DNA from: Macrostomum lignano
Lineage: Eukaryota
Assembly (NCBI GenBank): GCA_002269645.1
Contig: NIVC01002002.1
Coordinates: 124,001-188,000 of the forward strand
DNA length: 64,000 nt
Direction: 5' to 3'
Part shown: positions 1 to 13,300 of the stretch, piece after piece
How the letters are laid out: the number at the start of each line of letters is the position of its first letter
Position numbering within the stretch: position 1 is the stretch's first letter
The notes under the pieces: model-generated
The model's input: only the letters and a program-made list of their open reading frames with translations
Database searches by the model: none
Told to the model about the DNA's origin: nothing
Program-made: the position numbers and the translations under genes

Positions 1-820
1 AACGACGGCTTCCTGCTGCAGCGACGCGTTGGTCGACGCTAACCGGAGAGGCGGCTCAGCGTGCTTTGGCTACGCCGACGATCTCGCCCTGCTGCGGCGC
101 CCAGCGCCAGCTGGACCGGCTGGTGAGAGTTGCGGCAAGTGTCGGCCTGCAGTGGTCAAGACGCAGAAGACCGTCGTGCTCTGCGTGCCGGACGACATCG
201 AGGATGCAGTTTTTTGCCGAGGCGCTGACGGGAAGGTGACGATCGAAGCTTTCGTGCTGTCAGCAGTTCGTCTAAACTCGGCGGTCTGGTTCCTGACGTT
301 CGCGAGGACCTGCAAAGTCGCCGTGGACTTGCCTGGGCTGCCTTCCGTTCCGTGAGGGCTCTCCTGCAGTCCGAGGCCCTGCCCAACCGCCAGAGGGCGG
401 CGTTCTTTCAGGTGGTGATCGAGACCGTCCTGTTGTACAACGCCGAGACCTGGACGCTGACGGATTCACTCGAACAGCTGGTCGATATGGCGCACGCTGG
501 CCTGCTGCCGCTCCGCATTCAAGATCAGCTACGAGCGAGTCACCTGCAATGTGGCTATCTATCGCCGCTCCGCCCTGTCTCGTCCCAGCGAACTGTTGCG
601 CCGTCGGTGACTCCAGCCGGCAAGCTATTTCATCCAAGCTGAGTCGTACTGCCCGCAGCCGGTGCAGGAGGTGCTGCTGCTGACGCTACAGGCACCCTAC
701 CGGCGGGGACAGGTGCGCACTCAGCGTTTCGTCGACTGCCTGCTGGCTGATGTCGGCGCCCCGGACACTGCCGGCGGTGCTGCCTACGTTCGTTCCCATG
801 CCTGGAAACGCGCCCTGTGA
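1..820 (+). mobile_element. Degenerate non-LTR retrotransposon (RTE-like) reverse transcriptase, 3' fragment, cut by the window start
   Basis: GYADDLALL RT motif (YADD at 71-82) and IETVLLYNAETWTLT C-terminal motif in different frames, so frameshifted; last frame ends at TGA 818-820. Confidence 0.8.
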
Positions 821-2369
821 TGTTGTCTACCGAATGACTGGCAACGTATTATGTTGTGTTGTTATATTGAGTCCAGCCTTTAAGATTTTATATGGGGATC
901 GATGCCGTCACTTGACGCCAACAATTTTACCTATATGACTTTGTTCACTGGCTCTAATAACAGTTGAAAATACTCAGCTTGCAGGTGACGAGCCAGTTTA
1001 CAGCTCAAAGTTTTCTAGGCTTGGTGTTGGTGTGCGTCTCTCTCTCCGCCAATATCGTTCTGCGTGAAGGCCGAATTTAATTCATTTTCGTCCCTTAGTG
1101 TAAAATTTTCGACCGGACTGAACCTATTGGTCTGTTGCCCTGTACAGTTTTTGATTTGCTTTATTTAAAAATACGGAATTGTGGACCATGTGTGCAAGCC
1201 CTGAAGATGACCGCTTGTGTCGAAACGCGTTGGCTTAAAATTTACTTGTATGTTGGTGTTAACCTTCATTTTTCTACTTTGTTCATAATTAGCCACTGCA
1301 ACAAAACTGCAGCTACAATGAGGCGTGCCGGATGAGTGGGGAAAGTGACAAAAGTTGCATATGTATACATGTACTGCATGTATTATATGCATATTTATGT
1401 ACATCTACATATGTACATGTTTATACAGCTATAATTTTATTATTGATGGGTTTCGGCCTTTTCGGCCCCTTTCGGGAAGCCTGTGGGCCTCAGGTCTCAG
1501 AAATAAATCAATTAGAGTCCTGGCCCCCCACTCCTGTCAGATGTCAGCCCCATGGTAGCTTGATCTTGTGGCGAGCAGTCTAGGTCCTATAGCTAAGAGA
1601 TGGACAGCGAGAGACAAGCAGGGAGAATTTTGAAGGTAGAGATCAGCCAATCCGCAGATTAACTAACCCGCTGCCACCAGCCCATGCGTCCTGGCTCACC
1701 AAACCGGAACTTTCGAAATCAGGCTTCCGACTAGAGGAAGCTTAGCACTTACCTGCCAACTAGTGTCTTTTTGCTGTCAATCTCGAAGTCATAGCCGATG
1801 ATAAGGGACACTGCTGGGACTTGATCGCATTGGCCATGCAGGTACAGAGGGGACTTGTGCAGGGGATTCTTGCAGTGGCGAGACTATGGGGTAGCTACAT
1901 GTACTATTTATTACATTGCTATAAATACGAGGAATTGTACTTTTGGCCTTCAACGCGCCAACCAGCCTCTCGTAGCGCTGATAATAGGCCAACTCGAACA
2001 TCAGAGACCGCATGATTCATTACCGCTTGGCGAACCTAGAGTGCACAGAGTACATCTCTAGCGCCGATTTTGCACTATTGGTAACTTTGCTCACTGATTT
2101 GATAGATTGATCGACTGAGAACTGCCTTGCCATTGGTCCACTGTGACCGGCGCCTACTAGCTTAGCTACTCATCTGAGCCATCGGCGAACAAAGAAATAA
2201 GACCGATAAAAATAACTGTCAAATTTAACCTTCTCACTGATTCACTTCACACCTCAGATTGAATTGGAGTTTCAGACTACTGAATGATCTCTGCCTCAAT
2301 AACAGCACTACTGAACAAATTGAGTAAAAGTGTGGGCCTAATCCAGCTACTGAAATAGGGGACAGGTAA

Positions 2370-2870
2370 GGAATCACCCAATCAAGCAAGTCTAGGTAGC
2401 CTCTCACCCAACCAATCAGAAACTCAACAGCCGGAGACCAGGTAATCCACAGTGACCGAATCGGCTTAGTGCTTCGCAGCTGTAGACCCGGGATGATGCT
2501 GATGTCACAATCTTCGCAGAAAACTAGCAGGTGATGATCTTTAACCTTGATGTTCGCTGCTGACGACCGAGGGGATTCGTCGCGTCCTTGATGATGACGG
2601 GGGGAGTCGCGATCCGGGGATCAAGAGACGACGGTCGCGAGTAGCAGCTCCCCACTCCAGTAGCAGTTGAAGTCTGAGCGGGCCAAATAAACGCCGGTTT
2701 TTATAGCCGCAACTGGACCGCAATTTGTTATAATGAAACACCTCGACGCTGATTGGCTGAGCCGATTTGTTATAACAGACGTCGAATTTTTTGATTGGCT
2801 GAGCTTGTTGCCACCCAAACTCACGTGACCAGAAGATCCTATCAGTTCCCTCGGGGCCATAAAAATACGC
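2370..2870. promoter_or_regulatory. Candidate promoter-like cluster (several CCAAT boxes, TCACGTGA E-box, CpG-rich)
   Basis: CCAATCA near 2380 and 2412, GATTGGCT near 2751 and 2794, TCACGTGAC at 2821; target gene unknown. Confidence 0.25.
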
Positions 2871-5064
2871 CAGGTGCAGTCATAAATCACTCAAAATCGC
2901 TACATAATGATTTATGACCTTTCGCGTAGGAATGACAAAAATCAATGAAAAATATACATTAGAAAGATCTTACTAACTAGAAAGTGAAGATGGTGAAGAG
3001 AATTCGCAACTCGCTAATCTCAAAGTACTTTTAGGGGTAAAACGCATAGCTGTCAAAGCTGTCACACGCTTGAGTGAACACGAACAATGGCCCCTGACCT
3101 CATAAATCTTGATGGCCTGTCAAAACGATGAGAAAAAAGCTACCGCTCGCATCCTCTCAGACCATCTGGCGCCAGCCTCAGCACTGAGTGAGGCGCAGGT
3201 GGCTGTCAGACCAGCTCGAAAGCGATGATTTATATGACCCAAAAACCGCGCCTATATGCTATTATAACTACAAGTATGGCAAAATCATATAGCTACGAAA
3301 GTTCTACTAGTATGAATTCTATGAAAACTGCAAAAAGAGGAAAAAATGTCCATAGCCTGTCGTTATAGTAGGCTAGTAAGTTTGGAGCCCATGCGAGCGT
3401 GAAATTTGGAAAAAAGTGCGTCCTCATCATTATAGTTTGCGATAGTGAGTGAATAATTAGAAAGTAAATAATTACATCTTCAACTTGATTTGTGTGTTAA
3501 TTCAGCAAATGACAAATACTGGGCCGGAGAACTACTCGTTTTACAAAACACAGTTAAAATGCAGATGCGTGTTATAATTCCGAGTTTTGAACACGCTGTA
3601 GAAATTCAAAAAATTCTCACATATCCTTTGAGGCAGTAGCTATACACGCAAAAGACCTGACCAGAACTTTGAAAAACGAACTTTTCGAAATTTTAACCAA
3701 TTATATATATAGATACCTACTCATCACATTTTATAGAGGGCCGTTAGACTTTTATAATTCAACACAAGAAGACGATTTCAGCGTAAAAAGTATAAATATT
3801 TTAGTTAATTAGGCATTTAAGCAATGATAATATCAGTGAGCTCTTAGTTTCAAACTTTATCTTTGCCGAGTAGCAAATTGCCTTGATGGTTTAAATAATT
3901 TTTTTGAGTACCCTTTTTTATAAAAGTCCGTAAAAAACGAGCTGACAACAACAGCGTACATTTAAATTGATTTTTTGAATGTGACGTGTTACCTCCGACG
4001 TTTTGCAATGTTTTAGTTGTTTTCAAAATATTTTACTGATGAATAATTTCTATTTTAGTTAGCCACGTTAGAGAATGACTACAGCACCTCCATCGAGTCA
4101 AGGGTATGTATATATGCTTAACAAATATATCATCATTCTTTTAATTTGGCTGATTAACTACAGAATAACTTTTTGTCTTACTCTTAGTTTAGCCTAAAGT
4201 ACTATACTCGAAACTATATTGTCAGTATAGAAGATAGGCCCTACTGGTAGCGGCCTAAAAGCTACAAATTTGTAAGGAAGTGCTTATCCCCACGGTTCTG
4301 TGAAAAATAATTCCAATTTGTTGATAATTTCCAGCTTAGCCCCATGGTAGCTTATTGAAATAGCTGCCACAATTCAAGTCTATAGGCTATGTCAATAATT
4401 CCGATTTTATCCATATAGATCCATGTCTATAATTTTTAGCTTATCCCCATGGCTAAGATTGTGCAGTTGTTTGTGTTTAGTTTGTATATTGACACTAAAT
4501 GTTGCTACTAGTCTAATTGTAATATATATGGTATAGGCCTAGCTTAAAGTAATTGTTATTATAATGTTATATGACTTTTGTCAATTTCTATTGAATTGTC
4601 ACAGTATGACAGTGTCATTTTAATATCTTGCTAACTCTATCCAAAATTGATATTATCATTATTGTTAGTATTATTATCATTATATTATTACATTTTGAAT
4701 TTTTAATTTTGCAAGTCTTGTTTGCCTTAATCTTAGGGTCATTTGGTCATATTTAAAATGAACCCTTTAACAATAAAAAAGTTTTAACAAAGTTCATTTG
4801 TCCTAACTATGACCAATATTCACTTTTACATTCGATTTACTGCTTATGCAAAATGAAATGCATGTATATGTACATACATGCGCAACTGCTGGCCGACCTG
4901 GCCGATCCGGCCACCGTAAATTGTGGCTGACCAGGGGTAAGTCGCAAAATTGAGTCAACCAAAAACAAAAAAACACAGGAACCAAGAAAGGCAAGAGGAA
5001 AGCAAAAGAAAGAGCAGTTCAGGGAAAATGGTGAAGCAAAAGAAAAACAATTCGCAAAAGAAGC

Positions 5065-5695
5065 AAACTAAGTCACAAAAAGGATCAGGTAAGTCGCAAA
5101 AGGGTTAGGTAAGTCGCAAAAAGGATTAGGTAAGTCGCAAAAAGGATTAGGTAAGTGGCAAAAAGGATTAGGTAAGTCGCAAAAAGGATCAGGTAAGTCG
5201 CAAAAAGAATCAGGTAAGTCGCAAAAGGATCAGCTAAGTCGCAAAAGGATTAGGTAAATCGCAAAAAGGATCAGGTAAGTCGCAAAAAGAATCAGCTAAG
5301 TCGCAAAAGGATCAGCTAAGTCGCAAAAGGATTAGGTAAGTCGCAAAAAGGATTAGGTAAGTCGCAAAGAGGATTAGGTAAGTCGCAAAAGGATCAGCTA
5401 AGTCGCAAAATGATTAGGTAAGTCGCAAAAGGATTAGGTAAGTTGCAAAAAGGATTAGGTAAGTCGCAAAAAGAATCAGGTAAGTCGCAAAAGGATCAGC
5501 TAAGTCGCAAAAAGAATCAGGTAAGTCGCAAAAGGATCAGCTAAGTCGCAAAAGGATTAGCTAAGTTGCAAAAGGATTAGGTAAGTTGCAAAAGGGTTAG
5601 GTAAGTCGCAAAAAGAATTAAGTAAGTCGCAAAAAGGATTAAGTAAGTCGCAAAAAGGATTAAGTAAGTCGCAAAAAGAAGCAACTAAGTCGCAA
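5065..5695 (+). repeat. 20-22-bp minisatellite (AGGTAAGTCGCAAAAAGGATY), about 30 copies, inside the 4873-7201 element
   Basis: Direct tandem repeat; the TAAGTCGCA core also occurs subterminally near 4937, 7135 and 7159. Confidence 0.95.
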
Positions 5696-5853
5696 TAAGA
5701 GGGAAGTAAGTCACAATCAGAGGCAATCAGGGGGTAGTAGGTGCAAGTGTGGCAGGAGAGCAAAAACAGAATAGAAGCCTTCAACCACAGACAAGATCTT
5801 TGAAATCAGAAGCCTGCGTCAACAGTTTCCCATTGATTTCTTAAACTCTGGAG

Positions 5854-5940
5854 CAGGGGTTGGCAAACTCCGGCTCGCAAAGCCCCTCTATCTGGCCCTC
5901 GCCCCTCGGGTTCTTTGAAACTTCCTAACTAGCAAGGTTG
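5854..5940 (+). mobile_element. hAT (Charlie-like) terminus nested in the 4873-7201 element
   Basis: CAGGGGTTGGCAAACTCCGGCTCGCAAAGCC..TCTATCTGGCC matches the reverse complement of about 39545-39618; followed by a CT-rich tract as in that copy. Confidence 0.7.
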
Positions 5941-6610
5941 GTGTCTCTTCAACTCTCATCTCTCTCTTCTTCTCTACCTTGCCTCCCCTCTTCTCTCTCT
6001 CCCCCCCTTTCCCTCTTCTCTCTCCTCTCATTTTTACTCTCCTCTCTTCTCCCCTTTCTCTCTACCCTTTCTCCTCAATGCCCTCTTCTCTCCTCTTATC
6101 TTCAGCAAAAATATGTGCATATTTTCTTACTTCAAAGTAGAGGGAATAGAAGATTAGAGATAAGCAAACAGAAGAGAGGCAAGCGATGCGATGGGAGAAA
6201 AGATAGAAGAGGAGAGGAAAGCTGAGGGAGGAAAAAGAGATGAGAGAGAAGAGGAGATTAGAGGAAAGAGGAAAGAAAAGATGATGGATGAGATCAGAAG
6301 AGAGGAAAGAGGAAAGAGGAGAGAGTAGATGAGAGAAGAGAGGATAAAGAGGAGATGAGAGGAGAGTGAAGAGAGGAGAGATGAGAGAGTAGAAAAGAGA
6401 GGAGAGATAAGATGAGAGAGTAGAGTGGAGAGAGATGAGAGGGAAGATAAGATGAGAGAGTAGAGTGGAATGGAGAGACAAGAGGAGAGATAAGAATGTA
6501 GAGAGGAGACAGAAGAGATAGGAGAGGAGAGGAAAGAGAGGAGAGAGAGGAAAGAGAGAAGGGATAAGGGATGAAAGAGAAAAGAAAAAGAGGATGAGAA
6601 GATTGAGGAA
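5940..6610. repeat. Low-complexity CT-rich then GA-rich tract
   Basis: Pyrimidine tract about 5940-6100 followed by purine tract about 6140-6610. Confidence 0.9.
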
Positions 6611-7721
6611 TGGAGAGAATTTGCAAAGGCCTCAAATCTTAGTTTAACATGCATTACTCCCATCTTTGCCTTTTTCCTAACTGTTAACAAGTTTTTGTTT
6701 GAGCATGACTTCAAATTTAGAATCTATGCAAAAATAGTTCCGGGAATTAGAATTCAGTGGTTTAAAAATCTGTGGGTTTTCACAGCTTGTATCTCTACTG
6801 GATTCGTATTCTGCATCTGATGAGCCATCTGAATCAGGGCTCTCATCTTCCATGCCAAATCGTCTAGCAAATCATTCTTGAGCTATAGGTCACACTGTAT
6901 TCACTTCACTTACTTCTGGACATTCATGAATCATGACTTTTGTAGTATGCTCACTACACTGTACTGACAATTTACTAATTGCTTCATGCCGCCACTAGAT
7001 GACACTGATTAGCTGTTATAAAAACGCGGAATCTGCATGCAGCACTAATTAGCTGGCAAGGCATTTAGCTTTAAAAATATGGTCATAGTTACTCCTGCCG
7101 TTTACCTAAAGTTTTTGCTTGGCTCTTTCATAGGTAAGTCGCATTTTTTATCGAAAACTAAGTCGCACGGCCAGCGTAATTTCAGAAGTTGCGCATGTAT
7201 GTATATGTAGCAGAAATTAGTATATATTTAGCGATTTTTAGACGCTTCCAAATTTTGACTTCTAATTTTATTCGGCAAGGGGCTTGAAACGATAGTTTAA
7301 ACAATTTGTTTTACTTAAATATCTCTAGTAAAATGACTATGGCAAAAACTTCTACTTTGCAGAAAAAAAACAAAAATGATATTAGCCTATCCTGATTCCC
7401 AAATTAAAAGTTTTTGGGATCGGGATCGGGATCCCATCCGACCCCTACTTGATACTATTCAATATTCAATAGTTTATTTAGAAGATATAAAACTGTGAAA
7501 ACAAAAAGATGGTTTTGAAAGATCATTTTAAGGTTCTCTATTCTAATAAGCTGCCATAGGGATAAGCTGAAAATTATTGACATAGATCCGTATAGATAAA
7601 ATTGGAATTATTGATATGGCCTATAAACTTGTAATATGCAGCGCAGTGGTGACTATGTAGAAAAGCCTCAAGACAATGTTGATGATTAACTTTTGACAGT
7701 ACCCTCAGAAAATTTGTAGTA

Positions 7722-9063
7722 CAAGGGTTGTCAGAAAAGTTCTGTGTATATTGTAATAACTTGAAAACAATAAACAGTTTAAAAACATGAAAAGTTACAA
7801 ATGTCTTCCTTAATATCTATTCACTCAAAGTATGAGCCCCCAGCTTAAATGCACTTCTCCCAATGCCACACTAGCCTGTCAATGCCTGCAGTCATGCCAT
7901 TGTTTGTCACGGTGGCAATGCCAGCCTTGTAGGCTCAATTCACGTCTTTCTCTGCGCTGAAATGCTGGCCCCACATTGACTCCTTGATGCAAAGGAAGAG
8001 GAAAAAGTTGCATGGACTTAAGTCCAGGGAATAAGGCCGATGCGGAAGAATTTGCCATTCCCACAACTTGATCATAGCCAGCACGCTTTGCTTTCAGTGT
8101 GGGGCTGCATTGTCGTGAAGCAGAATTGGGCCAGCCGCGTGAAGTGCAGGCCTTTTGTCCCGAATGGCACACCAAACTTTCACTAGAACCGACAAGTAAA
8201 AATCACCATTGACCGTCTGCCCCACTAGCACAGGCTGATTGAACAACAGACCCTCCCAGTCAAAGAAAGTCAGGTGCATGACCTTCAACTGGCCGATGCT
8301 CCAGATGGCCTTTTGAGGTTGCAGAGAACTTGGCCTGCACCATGTGGCACTTTGCCACTTCAACTCCGCCTCTCAAGAATGTGCCCAGGTTTCGTTGCAG
8401 GCAATGATCCTTTGCAGGAACGCCATGTCCTCCTGCCAACACTGCTGTAGGTTGGATGCGCACATGGCAACCCGCCGAGCCTGCTGATTGTCAGTGAGCA
8501 GATGTGGCACCCACTTGGCACAGACCTTGCGCATCCCAAGGTCCTTGGTCAGGATCTTGTGAACTGAGTTGTAGGACACCCCTATGGAATCAGCCAGCTG
8601 CCTGGTGGTCAGTCTCTGGTCCTGCAGCATGGCTGCCTCCACCTGACTCACCAGGTTGTCAGTCTGAGCACTTGTTGGTTGTCCACTGCGTGGCTTGTTG
8701 TTGAGGTCTTCTTTGCCATTGCGAATGGCAATAGCCCAGCAGCAAATCGTCTCATAAGATGGGCAAAAGTCTCCTATGGTCTGCCGCATTTCTTCAAAAA
8801 TCTTGGTTGCTGAATGCTCCTGAAGGACATGAAACTTGATGATTGCTCAATTGTCGCATTTAGAAAAACTCTCTTGCGGGATGGAATGCGCCATGGGTGT
8901 GGTTGAAAAATACTGCTACACAGGCTAGAAATGATCTGGTGCTCTAAAACTGAAGCTAGCAACTCTTTATATATGTATATATCTATGGCTAAAACCCCAA
9001 CTCCTCAGCTATTCATAGAGCTGAGCTATTCTCTAATACATAGAACTTTTCTGACAACCCTCA
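7722..9063 (-). mobile_element. Mariner (Tc1/mariner) transposon, full length about 1.34 kb, inactive
   Basis: About 27-bp TIRs (CAAGGGTTGTCAGAAAAGTTCTGTGTA / TACATAGAACTTTTCTGACAACCCTCA) with TA on the left; internal transposase remnants. Confidence 0.9.
7821..8894 (-). pseudogene. Mariner transposase pseudogene
   Basis: WVPHLL, ACNETW (from TGDETW), LLHDNAAPH, PYSLDLSPCNFF (from YSPDLAPxD) and C-terminal EKCI*AGGSYFE; frameshifts and stop codons. Confidence 0.9.
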
Positions 9064-10336
9064 TTTATATGTTGCTTCTGTCAGTTTGTAATCGAGCAGT
9101 TGAAGGTTAATATGTTGATTGGAATTGATTCAAGTTAGCGCACTTAAATGCAACTGGGATACTGAGTTAATTAAATATTTGGACCCAAAATAAGTGAAAA
9201 TGAGTACACATATGTTCAAATCCATTTGACATGCAGCATTATATGGCTCGTACTTGAGGTAGTAAGGACTACTGGCTAAGGTTAAGATGAATGCAATATT
9301 AGCTAGCCATTCTTCTTAATACAATAACTAATTAAGATTTTAGTGAATGAAGGTTAAACTATTGCTATCATTCTTTATTTCATCACCTTGTTATAGTAAA
9401 TAATAAACTATTGCCATTGATTTAACATCATTAAAGTAATAGTAAATTTTAGTAAATTAATTAATTATGGATATAGTATATAGATTAACTATAGAAAATT
9501 AGATATAGGGCATGCAGCTAGAGATAATAGATATAAGAAAGTTATGGCAGAGCTCTAATAGACAAATAAATTAGGAACTAGTGAATATGTCATATTCACA
9601 GTTCAAATATAATGGTCTCTGGTCTATTTAAAGCCTAAAAGTGTTAAGCTAGTAAAATTTCAAACAAATTACTTCTTAAACTATATAAACTAAGTGTGCC
9701 AAAATTCGACATTGGAAATTGTGTAGGATATAAAAAATCTCTGGTATTAATTTAAGTTGAAATATATTTAATGTGATATTTTTATTGGTATATTATATTG
9801 GCCATGATATACCTATAAGTCATATTTCAGGAAGGGATTTTGTGAATATAAGCCCAATAATTTAAAAAAAGTCAAGATTAAGAAAATGAAAAATACAATG
9901 TATTATTTATTATCAAATATGAAATTTGTAGTACAATAAGTAGTAAAAGTTTATTTACATTAGCATGTATTTTATTAGTGAAAGTAACTTTCAACAAACA
10001 AAAAAACAAACAAATTCTTAACAATCCACAAATGTATGCCAACCTATATGCTAGCAATGTTGATCAATCTTTATATATGCCAATCTATATGCCAAAGCCA
10101 CCCAAAATCTTGCAAATTTTGCATACCAATTTCAACTGGAATCCCCCAGCTGTGGCTGAGCTGCTTGCTGCACATCTGCCCATTAGCGCTAATCAATTAT
10201 TATTATTAAATACCCATGCTTGCATAAACTGATTGCTAGTCTAATAGTCAATTTGTGTATCTTGGTCTCGATCCATAGTCTCATATGATAATCAAATTTC
10301 GCACCTGCCCCCAGTTGGTCTCACCAGACGCCTCCT

Positions 10337-13300
10337 ATGGCTGCCACATCTGTGCAATCCAGTCAGCATGGCTGGCAGCAGCAGCCGCCGCCTCATGGCC
10401 CGCTAATGCCGCCACACTCGTCAGGCGGCCCTCCGCCGCAGCATCCGTCTATGCCGCCGATGCCGCCAAATTCGTCTATTGGAGCAGCTGCTCCACCGTC
10501 TGCGTTTGGCCCGTTAGTTTGATTTTTTACTTTGCATTTCTGCACTGGTTCTAAATTCATTTATCTCTATTCACAATTCACATGACTCAGAAAATTTAGT
10601 GTTCTCTATCTATCCCAAAATCTGAAGGCCTCTCCAAAATCTAGAGGTCTCTATCCAAAATCTAGAGGTCTATACGAAATCTAGAGGTCTATACGAAATC
10701 TAGAGGTCTATACGAAATCTAGAGGTCTCTATCCAAAATCTAGAGGTCTCTATCCAAAATCTAGAGGTTTCTATCCCAAAATCTAGAGGTCTCTATCCCA
10801 AAATCTAGAGGCCTCTCCAAAATCTAGAGGTCTCTATCCCAAAATCTAGAGGTCTCTATCCGAAATCTAGAGGTCTCTATCCAAAATCTAAAGGTCCATA
10901 TTCAAACCCCAGTGTTCTCTATTCCAAATCCCAGTGCTCTCTATTCCAAACCCCAGTGTTCTCTATTCCAAATCCCAGTGTTCTCTATTCCAAACCCCAG
11001 TTTTCTTTATTCCAAATCCCAGTGTTCTCTATTCCAAATCCCAGTGTTCTCTATTCCAAACCCCAGTGTTCTCTATTCCAAATCCCAGTGTTCTCTATTC
11101 CAAATCCCAGTGTTCTCTATTCCAAACCCCAGTGTTCTCTATTCCAAATCCCAGTGTTCTCTATTCCAAATCCTAGTGTTCTCTATTCCAAATCCCAGTG
11201 CTCTCTATTCCAAATCCCAGTGTTCTCTATTCCAAACCCCAGTGTTCTCTATTCCAAATCCCAGAGTTCTCTATTCCAAACCCCAGTGTTCTCTATTCCA
11301 AATCCCAGTGCTCTCTATTCCAAACCCCAGTGTTCTCTATTCCAAATCCCAGTGTTTTCTATTCCAAATCCCAGTGCTCTCTATTCCAAACCCCAGTGTT
11401 CTCTATTCCAAACCCCAGTGTTCTCTATTCCAAATCCCAGTGCTCTCTATTCCAAATCCCAGTGTTCTCTCTTTCAAACTGCAGTGTTATCTATCAAATG
11501 CCAGGGAGAATTAATTGTGAATTGAATTAATTGTGTATCCTTATCAAGTTAAATAATTAAATGAAGCGAATGCAAACAATCTTTACTAAACCAGACCGGT
11601 CGGCCACGCTAAGCCAGCTATGGGCCAGCCGCCAATGCCGCCGCAGTCGCAGCCTCAGCAACAATGGACTGGCCATCCGCCTATGTAAGCGCTCTGTGCT
11701 GTCTGTACATCTCAGCTTTGCTTTTTAAGTCTTTTATGTCGAATATCAGTATTATCTTGACCAGAATCACAGGGTGACAGGGCCTTCTCACTTTCATATA
11801 TTTATAAGTAGCCGCTAGCGGCTACTGCCATGTCATTTTTACTTAACTGTGTTACTGTAACTGATAGCGGCAGTGCAATCTCTGCATAAGCAACTCTGTG
11901 GCAATGCCACACAAACAGGTCACTCTAAATTGCAATCTTAACAATAATTAAAGCTATTTGCTAAATTTTAGAGAAGTTGGACTCAGGAGAGGGTGCGGTG
12001 CAGATAACAGGCAGCTAGTAGCCTGGCTTGGCAAGAGTGTCTTACCCTACACATTGCAGTGAACTGTACTGCTATAGTCGCGCAGCACTTTATTTTTGAT
12101 AGTTAATGCAATTTTAATTGTAAAATTTGTTCTTCAAAATAACTTGCACTCAGGCCGCCCAACTCCGGCTGGCACGGCGGTATGCAGAATGGCCAGAACG
12201 GTCAGACGCCGCCTCCGCAGCCGCCAATGCCCGGACAGCAGCATCAGTCAATGAGGCCGCCGATGCCGCCCCAGCAGATGATGCAACCTCCAATGCCGCC
12301 AACTTCAATGCCGCCGACTTCAATGCCACCGACTTCGATGCCACCGCCTCCGAATCTGCGACAGCAGCAGCAGCCGACGCCGCCGCTTCACGCACAAAAT
12401 CAGCCGCCGCCAATGTACAGCGGCGGAAGCGGAGGCGGCGGCGGCGGCCCAGGCGGCGGAATGCCGCCGCCGCCAATGCGCGGTCCGGCGCCAGGCAACC
12501 CGCCAATGATGATGCAGCAGCAGCCAAAGCCGCAAGCGTCTGTGCCTTATCCCCCAGGACCGTATCAGCCTGGCCACGGCCAGCAGCAGCAGCCGCCGCC
12601 GCCTATGATGCCGCCCAGTTCAGTTGGTCACAGGCCGCCTGGGTATGTCAAAAAATGTTAATTCCCTCAAAAGTGATGACTAGAAATATAACATTATGTA
12701 AGGAGTAGAGCTGCACCAAATTTCGGTTCTCTCGACTCACCCGATTTCCACTTCGAGTGCGAAAGACTTCGCATTGAAAGAGAGAAGAAAATAAGAAAAA
12801 TGCCAAACTCAACAACAGGCGAGCAACATGTCGATTTCCGCGACGTCTTTTGCTTGCGGTCTCACTGCAGTTTCTTCTGCATTCTTCTGCTACATGATCT
12901 ATTCTCCTTGAGACTTGAAATGTGTCGCTAAGAAACCTTTAATTGCCTTCACTTGCTCTCAGACCGCCAATGCCGCCGCCGCCGCCCGGCAGTCAGGCCG
13001 GACCTGGCGGCTCTCAATGGGCACCGCCGGCCGGGCCACCGCAGGGTTACGGAGGCTTTCCCGGACAGCCGCAAATGCCGCAGCAGCCGGCGCCGCCCGC
13101 CGCTAAATCGTTGGATCCGGACCAAATGCCCTCGGCTGTACAGGTAAGTAGCATTGTACGAGCTATATTGTCTACTATTTTTACTAAAGCTTTGCTTTAA
13201 GCAGGAAATTTTTCTCAGAGAATAGTTGCTAATGAGTTTAGCCCCCCCCCTTATGCTAGCTTTCCTTTTAGTAATCTTCAAGTTTGCTTTTGACTTTGTT

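Larger units (their letters stand above)
4873..7201. mobile_element. Non-autonomous DNA transposon (hAT or P superfamily), 2329 bp
   Basis: Perfect 15-bp TIR CATACATGCGCAACT (4873-4887 / 7187-7201) flanked by 8-bp direct repeat TATATGTA (4865-4872 / 7202-7209); no transposase ORF. Confidence 0.85.

Noticed and set aside
4873-4887. 4873-7201 element as a non-autonomous partner of the P-element at 50562
   Set aside because: The TIR sequences are unrelated beyond the initial CA.
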